64,000 bases of DNA, taken from positions 6,016 to 70,015 of the forward strand of contig JAJEDY010000021.1 of assembly GCA_022821275.1 (NCBI GenBank), read 5' to 3'. Both the position numbers and the translations under genes were made by a program. The DNA is from Candidatus Latescibacterota bacterium (lineage in GTDB: Bacteria; Latescibacterota; UBA2968). This document shows positions 40,960-51,876 of the stretch, piece by piece; positions within the stretch are counted from its first letter, which is position 1; each line of letters begins with the position of its first letter. Under the pieces are notes generated by a model. That model made no database searches. It was not told the DNA's origin and saw only the letters and a program-made list of their open reading frames with translations.

Positions 40960-41586
40960 TTACAGGCGGAAATACCAGGGTTTATGTCGTTCTTTCCAGT
41001 CTTCGATTTTCTGGAGCGCGACCGTAACTGCACCCTGAACCTCAGTGAGTTTGGTTTCTGCATCCTGCGCTTGAGCGAGCGCATCTCTGTATTGCCCGTT
41101 GTCGAGGCTGCCGCGTGCGTCGCTTATGTTGCTCTCGGCCTGATTCAGGTCGGCGTTGAGTTGATCGAGATCATCGTCCGCGCCTTTTCCACGAGGTGCT
41201 TCACCCAAACTGACTCTGGTTTCTGAAATGCCAGGCGTTACGCGTTCGATAATCGCCTGGGTATCGGCCTCCAGTTGTCTATTGGTGTCAGCCTCAGATT
41301 TGGCGCTATTGGCTAACTCTTGAGCTTCTACATAAAGAGGCTCGGCCTCGTCAAATTTATTGAAGAAAAAGAACTTTTTTTCTTCAAACTTCTTAGCGGC
41401 ACTATCTATGGCAGCAGATGCCACCCGATAGGCCTCTGGCGCATAAGTCTCGGCCTGAGATGCCTGTGCTGCGGCATAAGCGGCCTCAGTATCAGCTTTC
41501 AATTTGACCAATTCTTCGGAAGGCCCACAACCCGTTATGGCAAGTGCCATAACCAGAATCGTGCAAAGGCTTAAAATGGATCGCAT
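40960..41586 (-). CDS. Helical lipoprotein (DUF4398-like)
   Basis: Lipobox ITGC; Ala-rich helices, AETYAPEAY; GGAG RBS. Confidence 0.72.
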   Translation of the reverse strand: MRSILSLCTILVMALAITGCGPSEELVKLKADTEAAYAAAQASQAETYAPEAYRVASAAIDSAAKKFEEKKFFFFNKFDEAEPLYVEAQELANSAKSEADTNRQLEADTQAIIERVTPGISETRVSLGEAPRGKGADDDLDQLNADLNQAESNISDARGSLDNGQYRDALAQAQDAETKLTEVQGAVTVALQKIEDWKERHKPWYFRL

Positions 41587-41716
41587 CCTTAGACTCCTTA
41601 GTTTGTCGTCATGAAGGGGCTTTACGCATTGTTTTCTTTGCGGAAGATAAAACACAAATTTCAGCTTGTCAACACCAATTTTGGGATATGGGAAATGGCG
41701 TTGAACGATCCTTTAT

Positions 41717-42568
41717 TTATCGTCGTTCACTTTTTTTGTAGAAAAGTTTGTTCAGTGGGCTTTTGGGAGCCGTAAGATATTTGGCTTCATCGGGTGTCAA
41801 AGCCTTGTCAAATACAGCGATTTCGTCGATTTGCCCGGGATATTTGTAGTGATTAAATCGCATCACGAGGTTTTCTATATCCCAGGTTACATTTTGCTGA
41901 AGCGGACCTTTGCGCCCTGCTTCCTCGCCATCTATATACAGCGCCCATTCTGCATCGGCCTTGCCGCTGTTAAAGTTGGACCAGGTAATCGCGACGTGGT
42001 GCCAGTCGCTTGCACGCCAGTTGGCGGGAACCGAAATCACGTATTTATCGACCTCCTGGTCGCTAATTTCATGTTGTTTGTCGGGATAGCATCCAAACCG
42101 GAGTGTGCCATCGGATTTTTTGAAATCGACGAATACAACTGCATCATCCCACGGATATTTTTCGCCGTCTTTTTTCCCAACATGAAAAGGTTCGGGATAG
42201 TTGGATTCGAAGCTGGCGATGTCGGTTTGGAGCCAGAATGCAATGCTGCCAGACCACGCGCTGTTGGCACTGTAGGCGAGGTTGTTTTTTCCGTTGTAAT
42301 TGAGTGCGCCAGCATCTGGATTAAAAGCCAAATACCCGTCGGGATTGCCGCCTTGCTTGATGTGGTTGGTGTTGGCGGTATCAAAGGTCGCCAATGGGTC
42401 GCCAAGGCTGTCGAGGGCATCCACGCCTTTTTCAAAGTTGGCAAAAAAAAGTATGTGTGCTCGCAGGCTCTCTTCAATGGCCTTTTCGGGACCACCACAA
42501 GCTGTTGTGATCGCTAAAAATATGAAGGTTAAAGTGCCACGAGATAGTTGGGGAAGATGGCGCAACAT
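41717..42568 (-). CDS. LamG/concanavalin A-like jelly-roll lipoprotein
   Basis: Lipobox TTAC; SIAFW, WHHVAITW, LYIDG, GQIDEIAVFDKALT. Confidence 0.85.
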   Translation of the reverse strand: MLRHLPQLSRGTLTFIFLAITTACGGPEKAIEESLRAHILFFANFEKGVDALDSLGDPLATFDTANTNHIKQGGNPDGYLAFNPDAGALNYNGKNNLAYSANSAWSGSIAFWLQTDIASFESNYPEPFHVGKKDGEKYPWDDAVVFVDFKKSDGTLRFGCYPDKQHEISDQEVDKYVISVPANWRASDWHHVAITWSNFNSGKADAEWALYIDGEEAGRKGPLQQNVTWDIENLVMRFNHYKYPGQIDEIAVFDKALTPDEAKYLTAPKSPLNKLFYKKSERR

Positions 42569-42740
42569 GTGTAAAGTCTCCTGAAAAAGAGTTCAGCATA
42601 TTGTGAAGTTAAACGCACAAGTTGATATACTCTCAAAATGCGGGTATGTCAATACCAAAATCAATGAAACTACAAAGATAGCTTAAATACTCGAAAAAAC
42701 AATAGCTGAGATACGCGAAAATTCTGTCTCGGAAATTGTC

Positions 42741-42769
42741 TTGACATCTCAAAAGTTATTTGTTAGCAT
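42741..42769 (+). promoter_or_regulatory. Putative sigma70-type promoter
   Basis: TTGACA (42741) - 17 bp - TAGCAT (42764) with extended TGn, about 50 bp upstream of ATG 42819. Confidence 0.6.
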
Positions 42770-42818
42770 AAATTCAATTTTCCCAAAATGTTCGGCATTC
42801 TTAACAGGAGCCTCCTCG

Positions 42819-45800
42819 ATGCGTAAAATCGGCACAGGTATTCTCTGGGTCATCACGATTTTAATGTTGTCTTCGGTGACCATTTTTAATCCGGGACAGG
42901 TGACGGATTTTTTTGTCACGCTTTTTAATATTAAACCGAGTATTCCCGAACTCAAACCCATTGAAATTTCAGAACGCGATCGAGAAATTCGATCCATTGC
43001 CGAGTCCGTTACACAAGAAGATGTAAGCCAAATTATTACCGACCTGTCGGGAATGGGATCTCGGGTGCCGGGCTATGTGGGGCATCGGCAGGCTTTTGAA
43101 TATGTCAAACGGCATTTTGAACAATTTGGTCTCGAAGATATCGTGGTCGAAGAGCACACGGTAACGGTTCCCGTTGACAAAGGTGCTTCACTTACTTTGA
43201 TGGATACCGGCGAAGAAATTGCGATCTACGGTTTTTGGCCCAACCATGTACAAACGCCCTCTGTGCCCAGCGCTGGGATTTCGGGGGCGCTCATTTATGG
43301 GGGCAAAGGGTCGTTTTCAGAACTCAATGGCAAAAAGGTCGAAGGCAGCGTTGTTCTGATGGACTTCGATTGTGGCCAGGGTTATTTAAGCCCGCGTATG
43401 CTGGGGGCACAGGCCATTTTATTTTACGACAATGGGCGGGTTACACAGGGTCAGGCTTTGGATAAGTTTTTGCCCGTGCCCGTTGATGTGCCCCGGTTCT
43501 GGGTGAAAAAAGACGATGCTTTGCGTTTGCTCGCATTGGCCCAAACGCAATCTCCCGAAGTGCGTTTAACGTCGAAGATGGATTGGGAAGAGGTGCCGAC
43601 CTGGAATATTTTTGCAACCGTTCCCGGATCCGAAGACTATATCACTGAGCGCGAAGAGCGCAAGTGGAAAGATCAGCAGATTGTGCTGAGTGCTTTTTAC
43701 GACGCCATTTCCGTTGTACCCGCTCTCGCGCCGGGCGCTGAAAATGCGTCCGGGTTGGCTGCGCTTTTACACACTGCCCGCGTTTTGAAACAGAATCCGC
43801 CCAAATATTCGGTGACCTTTTTGGCAACTGGCGCACATTTCCAGGGGCTGGCTGGCATCAATGATTTTGTGTATCGCCACTCGCGCGAGAGCGATCATTT
43901 CCGCGATAAAATTCCCGATAGTTTATCGGTTGCCGGTGCTTATCTCGATGGCGAACTTATTCCGCGCGATAGCGAAGACTTTGAAGAGCTCATTCCCGGC
44001 AGCTATAAAATTGATTTTCGATTATTTATCGGATTGGACTTGTCGAGTGAATCCGATCAGTTGGCGAGCTTTTCGCATGGCACCTTTAACAACCCGAATT
44101 GGCAGACAGATAATTATCTGAATAATCTGCTGGCACCTTATGCAGACAAATTCGATAAATATATGGCCAAAGTTTTTCCGGGCGAAGAAGCGCGCCATGT
44201 CGATGCGATTGCACCGCCAAAACGCACCTGGAAGAATTTTATGCCCATTCGTCTGGGATTCGACAGTGAGGCCGTTACTTTTGTTGGCAAAGAAGGCATT
44301 ACTCTGGCGACGCCATCAACAGTGCGGCGTTTTGTGGATACGCCCATTGATCGCGTTGAACATGTCAATATGGACAATTTGACGCGCCAGATCCAAACGA
44401 CGGTCGCTGCCATGATGAAAGCGGGCGAAGATCCCGAGTTTTTCAGGGTGTCCAAACTCAAGTTGCAAGATCGCGGACACAGTTTGAGAGGACAAGTATT
44501 GTGGTTTGATCGCAATGTCGATTTCGCGTTGCCCCGCGTGCCCGTGCCCGGGGGCGTTGCGACGTATCGGCAACCGGGCAATGTCCACAGTTGTGCGGGG
44601 GTGCGCACACTGATTATTGACAAGACAACAGAAGGTCCCATTTACGATATCGAAAAGTTGGCAGACGATCATGAAGGAGAGGTAGATCCAAATGTGTTTG
44701 GCGAGAAAAGTAAGGTAAAGGAAACCGGATGGTTTACCTTTGATATTATGCGGAATCGATTTACCAATCGCATTTTGGCTTATGATATCGATGAAGAGGG
44801 TAATATTACGTCGGCACCCGACATGGGGACTGAGGGCGACAAAAAATTCCCACTGACGCAGCGATATGGCTGGTGGGAAAATGAAATGCTGACGGTTCTG
44901 TTCAAGAGCCGCTCCATCAGTGTTTTTGAAATTATCGATTCGAGCTATTTGTCCGCACTCGATTTTATGACGGTGCTCAATGACAACGATACGCAACCCA
45001 TAGAATTTGGCTATACGTATTTGCCGGGGCAAAGCACCAAAGAGGGAGACGTGACGCGCGCTGCAGTGACGTTTGCGCGCGTGGATGAATACACGGGAGA
45101 AGCCGAGCGGTTGAAGGTTTTGATGAGTACGGGATTGTTTGGTGTTAAGTATTTGTTGATCAATGCGCCCCAGAAATTTTTGGACAATCCGATTGATAAA
45201 CGCGAAGTGAATCCCGATATTCTGGAAGAGGCGCGAGGTGAAGGGTATGAACCCGGCGTCATTTTCATGCCTTCGTATCAGGCCGCCAGAGATATGTGGG
45301 TGATCGATGATGTGCGGATGAAACAGTTGGCGCAATTCGGTATTGAGAACAATCGTCTTACCCTGTTGCACAACAGCGCGCGCGAGGCATTGATGGAAGC
45401 GCGTCAGCACCTTGAAAATTTGGATTACGAAGGGTTTATGGCCGCATCTCGGCGGGCATGGGGACTGGAGGCGCGGGGGTATCCCGAAGTGATGGCGACG
45501 GCCAATGATACTGTTCGGGGCATTATTTTTTACTTTATTTTGTTGCTGCCGTTTTCATTTTTCTGCGAGCGATTGTTGATTGGTGCGTCGAGTATTACCG
45601 CGCGGTTGAGCTGGTTTGCCGGATTTTTTATATTTTTCTTTATTGTTCTGCGCTTTGTCCATCCGGCTTTTCAGTTGAGCAATTCCCCCTATATTATTTT
45701 TCTCGCTTTTGTGATTATGGCTCTCGGCGGTGTGGCGATGGTCATTGTCGTGTCTAAATTTGGGGATGAAGTTCGCAAAATGAAGCAGGCTTCTGCGGGG

Positions 45801-47672
45801 ACTTATGAAGCCGATGTCGGGCGCATTAGCGCGACATCGGCCGCGGTTGTGCTGGGTATTTCAAATTTGCGAAAGCGCCCCATGCGCACGGGGTTGACGG
45901 CGATTACGCTGACTTTGCTGACTTTTACGACATTGTCTTTTACCTCGGTGCAGACTTCGTTGAAGTTTTACAAATTGCCCCGCGATAACGAGCCGTCGTA
46001 TCAGGGGGCACTCGTGCGCGACCGATCCTGGCGCGGGATGCAAGAATCCGTGCTCAATTATCTCAATAGTGCTTTTGAAGGCCGCGCCGATATTGTGCCG
46101 CGGTCGTGGTATTTATCACAGGTGCGTGGTGAGCGCGCTTATGTGAATTTTTCTCGCGTGACAGAGGCCACTGCCGATATGGGTCCCAAGGAGATTTACG
46201 TCGATTTCGATGTGGGCATTACCACGGGGAAAGACAGTTTTGTCAATGCGCTGTTGGGCCTTACGCCAGACGAACCCAAAATTACCGGGGCGGATCGCTA
46301 TTTGATGAGCGGACGTTGGTTTGAGCCAGGAGAAGAGTTCGTTTGTCTAATACCCAATGATCTGGCCGAGCTTGTCGGTATTTTCCCCGAAGACGCTGGC
46401 ACAGCTAAAATTGAAATGCAGGGACAGGTTTTTACGGTGATTGGTATTCTGGATTCTGAAATGTTTAACAAGTTCAAAGATCTGGACGATGAAAAGCTGA
46501 CCCCTGTTGATACGGTAAAAGAAAAAGACGATTTGGCAGATGCACAGGATCAGGATCCGCGGGTTGTCGCGGCTGCGCCGATAGAGACCTTTACCCACCT
46601 GGAATCGACCAATGTGCTCGTCGTGCCCTATGAGTATATTCGAGATATCGGTGGCGTATTGGCTTCGGTGGCGATTGCGAATTTCAAGGATGAGAGCGGG
46701 CAGCCCAAGTTGGATTTTGTGCCCGACATCGAAGAGTTTATGGCGCGCGTGTCTTTGACGATGTTTGTGGGCAAGGATGATGGTGTAACCGTCTATAGTT
46801 CGATTGGTTCAACGTCGCTTTCTGGATTGGGCAATTTGTTTATTCCGATCTTGATTGCGGCGCTTATTGTGCTCAATACTATGATGGGTGCCGTGTATGA
46901 GCGTTTCCGAGAGATCAGTATTTATTCTTCGGTGGGATTGGCTCCCAATCATATTGCCGCACTTTTCCTCGCGGAGGCCGGCGTATTTGCCACACTCGGT
47001 GCGGTTATGGGATATTTAATTGGACAGGTTCTGGTGCTCATACTTTACAATCAGGGGCTGTTGGGAGGCCTGGAATTGAATTATTCGTCGCTGTCTGCAA
47101 TTTCCGCTACGTTGATAGTGATGGCAACGGTATTTCTCTCGGCGCTTTATCCAGCTAAAAAAGCTGCTGATATGGCCGTGCCCGATGTGACCCGCAAATG
47201 GGAATTCCCCGATCCGGATGGCGATCGGTGGGTATTTGATTTTCCCTTTACAGTGGGCGGTGCTGAGGTATTGGGCATGTACTCTTATTTGACCAGGGTT
47301 TTTGAATCTTATGGCGAGGGATCGGTGGGTGATTTTGTTGCCGATCACGTGAAGTTCTGGTCTGAGGATCACGAGGGAGAACCACAATACAATATTGATC
47401 TGACGGCATGGTTGGCGCCTTATGATCTGGGGATTAGCCAGGAAGTGCAGTTAAAAGCTATTCCAACGGGTGAGCACAATATTTATAAAATTGAAGTGGT
47501 GATCAATCGTTTGAGTGGCGATGTGGCGTCCTGGAAACGGATCAATCGCGGATTTTTAAATGTGTTGAGAAAGCGATTCCTGGTCTGGCGTACAATTCCG
47601 GGTGACCTGAAGTTCAATTATGCAGAAGACGGACGCCGGGTTTTGTCTGGCGAAGTCGCGGCAATAGCATAA
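42819..47672 (+). CDS. Large membrane protein: PA domain + M28 peptidase-like domain + two FtsX-like permease regions
   Basis: SRVPGY.G, LIYGGKG, SAFYD/GAENASG M28-like core; GISNLRKRPMRT; LNTMMGAVYERFREISIYSSVGL, YPAKKAA; AGGAG RBS. Confidence 0.8.
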   Translation: MRKIGTGILWVITILMLSSVTIFNPGQVTDFFVTLFNIKPSIPELKPIEISERDREIRSIAESVTQEDVSQIITDLSGMGSRVPGYVGHRQAFEYVKRHFEQFGLEDIVVEEHTVTVPVDKGASLTLMDTGEEIAIYGFWPNHVQTPSVPSAGISGALIYGGKGSFSELNGKKVEGSVVLMDFDCGQGYLSPRMLGAQAILFYDNGRVTQGQALDKFLPVPVDVPRFWVKKDDALRLLALAQTQSPEVRLTSKMDWEEVPTWNIFATVPGSEDYITEREERKWKDQQIVLSAFYDAISVVPALAPGAENASGLAALLHTARVLKQNPPKYSVTFLATGAHFQGLAGINDFVYRHSRESDHFRDKIPDSLSVAGAYLDGELIPRDSEDFEELIPGSYKIDFRLFIGLDLSSESDQLASFSHGTFNNPNWQTDNYLNNLLAPYADKFDKYMAKVFPGEEARHVDAIAPPKRTWKNFMPIRLGFDSEAVTFVGKEGITLATPSTVRRFVDTPIDRVEHVNMDNLTRQIQTTVAAMMKAGEDPEFFRVSKLKLQDRGHSLRGQVLWFDRNVDFALPRVPVPGGVATYRQPGNVHSCAGVRTLIIDKTTEGPIYDIEKLADDHEGEVDPNVFGEKSKVKETGWFTFDIMRNRFTNRILAYDIDEEGNITSAPDMGTEGDKKFPLTQRYGWWENEMLTVLFKSRSISVFEIIDSSYLSALDFMTVLNDNDTQPIEFGYTYLPGQSTKEGDVTRAAVTFARVDEYTGEAERLKVLMSTGLFGVKYLLINAPQKFLDNPIDKREVNPDILEEARGEGYEPGVIFMPSYQAARDMWVIDDVRMKQLAQFGIENNRLTLLHNSAREALMEARQHLENLDYEGFMAASRRAWGLEARGYPEVMATANDTVRGIIFYFILLLPFSFFCERLLIGASSITARLSWFAGFFIFFFIVLRFVHPAFQLSNSPYIIFLAFVIMALGGVAMVIVVSKFGDEVRKMKQASAGTYEADVGRISATSAAVVLGISNLRKRPMRTGLTAITLTLLTFTTLSFTSVQTSLKFYKLPRDNEPSYQGALVRDRSWRGMQESVLNYLNSAFEGRADIVPRSWYLSQVRGERAYVNFSRVTEATADMGPKEIYVDFDVGITTGKDSFVNALLGLTPDEPKITGADRYLMSGRWFEPGEEFVCLIPNDLAELVGIFPEDAGTAKIEMQGQVFTVIGILDSEMFNKFKDLDDEKLTPVDTVKEKDDLADAQDQDPRVVAAAPIETFTHLESTNVLVVPYEYIRDIGGVLASVAIANFKDESGQPKLDFVPDIEEFMARVSLTMFVGKDDGVTVYSSIGSTSLSGLGNLFIPILIAALIVLNTMMGAVYERFREISIYSSVGLAPNHIAALFLAEAGVFATLGAVMGYLIGQVLVLILYNQGLLGGLELNYSSLSAISATLIVMATVFLSALYPAKKAADMAVPDVTRKWEFPDPDGDRWVFDFPFTVGGAEVLGMYSYLTRVFESYGEGSVGDFVADHVKFWSEDHEGEPQYNIDLTAWLAPYDLGISQEVQLKAIPTGEHNIYKIEVVINRLSGDVASWKRINRGFLNVLRKRFLVWRTIPGDLKFNYAEDGRRVLSGEVAAIA

Positions 47673-47709
47673 CGTGCAGATTTTGTGAATTTCCTTCTGG
47701 GAGGCAATT

Positions 47710-49764
47710 TTGGCAACGGACGAACCAAGAGATACTGAAGAAACAAAAGAGGATCTGACAGAATACGAACAGATTATGCCAGAGGACGCGCCTTTTGAGG
47801 ATGGCTTTGGCTGGAAGACGATATGGGCGACGGCGTTCGTTGGGATTGTCATGTTGCCAGGTGCGATTTATCTGGGTCTGGTAACCGGGCAGAGCATGGC
47901 TGGCGCGTCTGAGTGGGTGACGATTATTCTCTTTTTAGAGATTGCCAAGCGCTCTTTTGTTCGGCTCAAGACACAGGAAATTTTGATCATTTATTGGGTC
48001 GCTGCAGGGCTATTGGGCATTGGGGTAAAACTCGGTTCCGGCGCGCATCTGTACGGCGGACCTTTTGGAGGGTTGATCTGGGATCAGTATTTGATTCAGT
48101 CGCCCGCGGCCAAAGGTCTGGATAGTTATATCCCAAATTGGGTGACACCGCCTCTGGATTCGCCGGTTTATGCCGAGCGTACATTTGTGCATCCCGACTG
48201 GATTTTGCCGGTGTTGATTCTGTTTCTGGTCATGATTATCAATCAGGCTGCGCGGCTATCCTTTGGGTATGTGATGTTCCGCATTACCAGCGATATCGAG
48301 CAATTGCCTTTTCCCCTCGAGCCCGTTCAAGCACGAGGTGTCACCGCACTGGCTGAAACATCGGCCAAAGCCGAGGGGTGGCGATGGCGTGTGTTCAGCA
48401 CGGGAACGTGTATTGGTCTGGTGTGGGGATTGCTCTATGTGGTTGTGCCCACGTTGTCGGGCATTTTTCTGACTGAGACCGTTCAGGTTTTGCCTATTCC
48501 ATTTATCGATTTCACAGCCGAGGTAAAGACCATATTGCCCGCTGCGGTGTTTGGCATAGGAACGGATTTGGGGCATTTATTGTATGGTTTTGTCCTGCCG
48601 TTTTACGTGGTGGTGGGATCGTTTATCGGTGCTGTGCTCGCCAATCTGGTAATTAATCCAGCCCTTTATCACTATGAAATTTTGACCCGATGGGCACCGG
48701 GGATGACGGCGATTCCCGCAAGTATTTCCAATCGTTTCGATTTCTGGCTGAGCTTTGGAATCGGTACTTCAATCGTGATTGCGCTCACCGGTTTTTATAT
48801 GGTAGGCAAAACCCTGCTGGAACAGCGCAAGCTGAAACAGGAAACAGGACATCATTCGATAAATATTAGTATGGAGGATTTGCCCGAAGGCCGGGGTGAT
48901 ATGCCGATGAAGTGGCCCCTTGTTTTGTGGGTCATGGCTTCTTTTGCCGCCATTGGGCTGTGCCAGTGGCTCGTGCCAGAGTTTCACTGGGGATGGCTGG
49001 TGTTCTTCGCGTTTATTTATACGCCTATTTCGTCTTATATCGGTGCCCGGATGATCGGTCTCACGGGCAGTCCCTATGGGGCGAGCATTCCCTATATTCG
49101 AGAAGCGGCCATTTTGTTGTCTGGTTATAAAGGTATGGCGGTGTGGTTTGCGCCCATTCCTCTGCACGACCACGGGCTGGCTGTGCGGCAGTTTAAGCAA
49201 CTGGAATTGACCAAGACAAAGATCGGTAGTTATCTCAAAATGGTCGTGATTACGATGTTTGTGATTTTCATTTGCAGCTTTATGTTCTATGAGTTTATCT
49301 GGCGGTTGGGTCCCATTCCATCTTCCACATATCCCTATGTCCAGCTATTTTGGCCCTATGAAGCTACGATGCAAACCGTGTGGCTCAAATCGACTTTGCC
49401 GCCCGAAGAAGTACAGGGTGCTGTAGGTATGGATCTTTTAAGAGAAATTATCATCCCCAAATACATTCTCACAGGGCTGGTTTCTGGTGGACTTCTCTAT
49501 CTGGTACTGGTTGCCGCCAAGGTCCCCGTGCTGGCATTTTTCGGTTTTGTGAATGGCCTGGCGCAATGGCCGCATTTTGTCATTTTGAATTTTGCCGGGG
49601 CCATGCTGGGGCGATATCATTTTGCCAAGCGATTTGGCGAGTCCAAATGGAAGGCTTACGCGCCTATTTTAGTAGCGGGGTATTCCTGTGGCATGGGGCT
49701 TATTGGTATGACTTCGATTGCTGTGGCGTTGATATCCAAGGCCGTGTCTCAGGTGGTTTTCTAA
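47710..49764 (+). CDS. Polytopic membrane protein, OPT (oligopeptide transporter)-like
   Basis: More than 14 hydrophobic segments; GFGWKT, YLGLVTG, EQLPFP, C-terminal APILVAGYSCG. Confidence 0.6.
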   Translation: MATDEPRDTEETKEDLTEYEQIMPEDAPFEDGFGWKTIWATAFVGIVMLPGAIYLGLVTGQSMAGASEWVTIILFLEIAKRSFVRLKTQEILIIYWVAAGLLGIGVKLGSGAHLYGGPFGGLIWDQYLIQSPAAKGLDSYIPNWVTPPLDSPVYAERTFVHPDWILPVLILFLVMIINQAARLSFGYVMFRITSDIEQLPFPLEPVQARGVTALAETSAKAEGWRWRVFSTGTCIGLVWGLLYVVVPTLSGIFLTETVQVLPIPFIDFTAEVKTILPAAVFGIGTDLGHLLYGFVLPFYVVVGSFIGAVLANLVINPALYHYEILTRWAPGMTAIPASISNRFDFWLSFGIGTSIVIALTGFYMVGKTLLEQRKLKQETGHHSINISMEDLPEGRGDMPMKWPLVLWVMASFAAIGLCQWLVPEFHWGWLVFFAFIYTPISSYIGARMIGLTGSPYGASIPYIREAAILLSGYKGMAVWFAPIPLHDHGLAVRQFKQLELTKTKIGSYLKMVVITMFVIFICSFMFYEFIWRLGPIPSSTYPYVQLFWPYEATMQTVWLKSTLPPEEVQGAVGMDLLREIIIPKYILTGLVSGGLLYLVLVAAKVPVLAFFGFVNGLAQWPHFVILNFAGAMLGRYHFAKRFGESKWKAYAPILVAGYSCGMGLIGMTSIAVALISKAVSQVVF

Positions 49765-49872
49765 GATGAAATGATGGGTGGAACTTTTATCCGGGCATGT
49801 GTCGTCTAATTTGTTGCGATATGTGCCCGGATTTTTATGGGTATTTTTACAATTTTTTCAAAGGAGCAGATT

Positions 49873-50373
49873 ATGCAGAGGTTTCGATTCTTCGGTTTTT
49901 TGGCAGTGGCAATGCTTCTGGCCGCGTCCTGCGATGTGTGGGCACAGCCTCAAAGAGGCGGTCAAGGTCAAGGGGGGCAAGGACAGCGTGGGCAACGCGG
50001 AGGCGTTCAGGTACAGCGATTTTTACCAGTTGAACAGGTAATGACTTATCTGGCATTTAACGAGAATGTGGCTCTGAGCGATGCGCAACTCGTCAAGGTG
50101 CGCGCGTCGCTTAAGGGGATTTATGCAAAACGGCAGGAGTTGCAAAGAAGCCTGCGCGGAAGTAATGATCAGCAGGCGGCCATGCAGAAAGTGCGCGCAC
50201 TGAGAATGGAAATGACACAGGGCTTGGCAGCCATTCTCAATGAGGATCAGACAAAGGGATTGCAAGAAATGATGCAGCGGATGGGTCAGCGCGGGCAGCG
50301 CGGGCAACGTGGCGGGCAAGGTGGTCGTGGTGGTGGTCGCGGAGGCGGTGGTGGCGGCGGTGGTGGTGAGTAG
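49873..50373 (+). CDS. Secreted Spy/CpxP-like helical protein with Gly/Arg/Gln-rich tails
   Basis: Signal peptide; LSDAQ and LNEDQ (LTxxQ-like) motifs; GQR repeats and poly-Gly end. Confidence 0.65.
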   Translation: MQRFRFFGFLAVAMLLAASCDVWAQPQRGGQGQGGQGQRGQRGGVQVQRFLPVEQVMTYLAFNENVALSDAQLVKVRASLKGIYAKRQELQRSLRGSNDQQAAMQKVRALRMEMTQGLAAILNEDQTKGLQEMMQRMGQRGQRGQRGGQGGRGGGRGGGGGGGGGE

Positions 50374-50411
50374 AGCAGAGGTCCTCTGCCTGTTCAAGGT
50401 TGAAGATGTTA

Positions 50412-50450
50412 AAACGCGGGTTTCTTTGCAGAAGCCCGCGTTTATTTTTT
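50412..50450 (+). terminator. Intrinsic terminator
   Basis: AAACGCGGGTTTCT-TTGC-AGAAGCCCGCGTTT followed by T-rich run. Confidence 0.78.
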
Positions 50451-50513
50451 GGGCGCGCTTGTTTATCGCAAAAAAATGGGTTACATTATCTCTCATTGCA
50501 ATGGGAGGGTTTT

Positions 50514-51869
50514 GTGATACCTGAGTCTATTAAACATCTCAAGCGGCCTTTTTCTTTTGCTGTGGTTAGTGATACGCATTTTGTGACGCGAGATTTTATC
50601 GGGCAGGCGTTTGACGCGACAAGACCGCTCAGTACTGAGGGGTATGTGGAAAATGTGACCTATTCGCTCGCGCCAATGATGGATGCATTGCGCGATCTCA
50701 AACCGGATTTTATAGTTTTGACCGGTGATGTGGCCGAACCTCCGCTGGATCCAGAACGCCATCGCGAGAATCTCAAGGCTGCACTGGATTTTTTTTCCAC
50801 CTGTGATATTCCCCTGATCGTCGCTCGCGGAAATCACGATGGTAATTCGGCTTTTGATGAGGTTGTGGGACCGCGTATAGCACAGTTTTTAGGTGAGACG
50901 CCCAAAGCGCATTATTTTTCGTTTGAGGTGGATGGTTGTCAGTTTATTGTTCTGGATACGCCGTTTTGGAACGTTGAGCAATGTCAGTGGCTCGATGCTG
51001 TGTTGTCAGAAAATACTTATGCGCCGTCCTTTTTGCTGGGGCATCATCCTATATGGCCGGTAGCACGCGCTTTTTTTTACAATCGCGATTTTCAGACGGA
51101 TATGGTCAATCTTCTGTCTCGGCACGCGATTGATGCCTATTTTTGTGGACATTCGCACAATCAAAGTATTGTGTTGCACCGCACGCCCCATTTGCCGGTG
51201 TTGCAGTGTATGGGTGCTCTGATTGGATTGTCTGACGCGCCGCCTCTTCCGCTCAACCACGTTCAAGCCCTTTTGCCCACGCCCGATGATCTCATGGCGG
51301 TTTGGTCCGGATATATTGAAAATACGGCTCCGGGATGGTTTATGGGATATGTTACACAGGGTCAGGCGCGTGTGGAATGGCATCATATTAACCGCGGGGC
51401 CGAAGCTCTGGTGCGCTGGTTTCGGCCTGGTGACATTCAGACTTTTTGGGCGATGGCTCCAGCGCCTCCCGCCCAACTCATTGAAGCAAATTTGCAGCGT
51501 ATTCGCCAGGGGATTCTCCGTTTTTGTGCCTGGGATAGTATGGGAGATACGCGCGTATTTCTCAATGGGAACGAGATAGGCCTTCTGCCGCGTGCAGATA
51601 ATTTTACGGCCAGTCGTCTGTCTTTACCTCCCAACGCGCTCGCTTGTTTACAGATGGAGAATAAGGTGCGTATTGAACCTGCTGAGGAAAGCGAGATGAC
51701 GCTTGGCAATCTGGTTCTCGAAGTGGTTTTGCCCGGTGGTCGTAATGTGCGGTCGCAAGTTTTTGAAGATATTTATACGTGGTCTAACCGGTGGGAAGGG
51801 TATGAATATGAGACGTTGCAAAAGATGAAACCGGGGCGACCGTTATCTACAGTGTTGTCTTTCAGGTGA
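50514..51869 (+). CDS. Calcineurin-like metallophosphoesterase with C-terminal beta domain
   Basis: SDTH, TGD, GNHD, GHHP, GHSH; likely GTG start after GGAGG. Confidence 0.88.
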   Translation: MIPESIKHLKRPFSFAVVSDTHFVTRDFIGQAFDATRPLSTEGYVENVTYSLAPMMDALRDLKPDFIVLTGDVAEPPLDPERHRENLKAALDFFSTCDIPLIVARGNHDGNSAFDEVVGPRIAQFLGETPKAHYFSFEVDGCQFIVLDTPFWNVEQCQWLDAVLSENTYAPSFLLGHHPIWPVARAFFYNRDFQTDMVNLLSRHAIDAYFCGHSHNQSIVLHRTPHLPVLQCMGALIGLSDAPPLPLNHVQALLPTPDDLMAVWSGYIENTAPGWFMGYVTQGQARVEWHHINRGAEALVRWFRPGDIQTFWAMAPAPPAQLIEANLQRIRQGILRFCAWDSMGDTRVFLNGNEIGLLPRADNFTASRLSLPPNALACLQMENKVRIEPAEESEMTLGNLVLEVVLPGGRNVRSQVFEDIYTWSNRWEGYEYETLQKMKPGRPLSTVLSFR

Positions 51870-51876
51870 GGATGTG

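Noticed and set aside
50280-50373. G-rich DNA repeat as a regulatory element
   Set aside because: Explained by the Gly/Arg/Gln-rich protein tail
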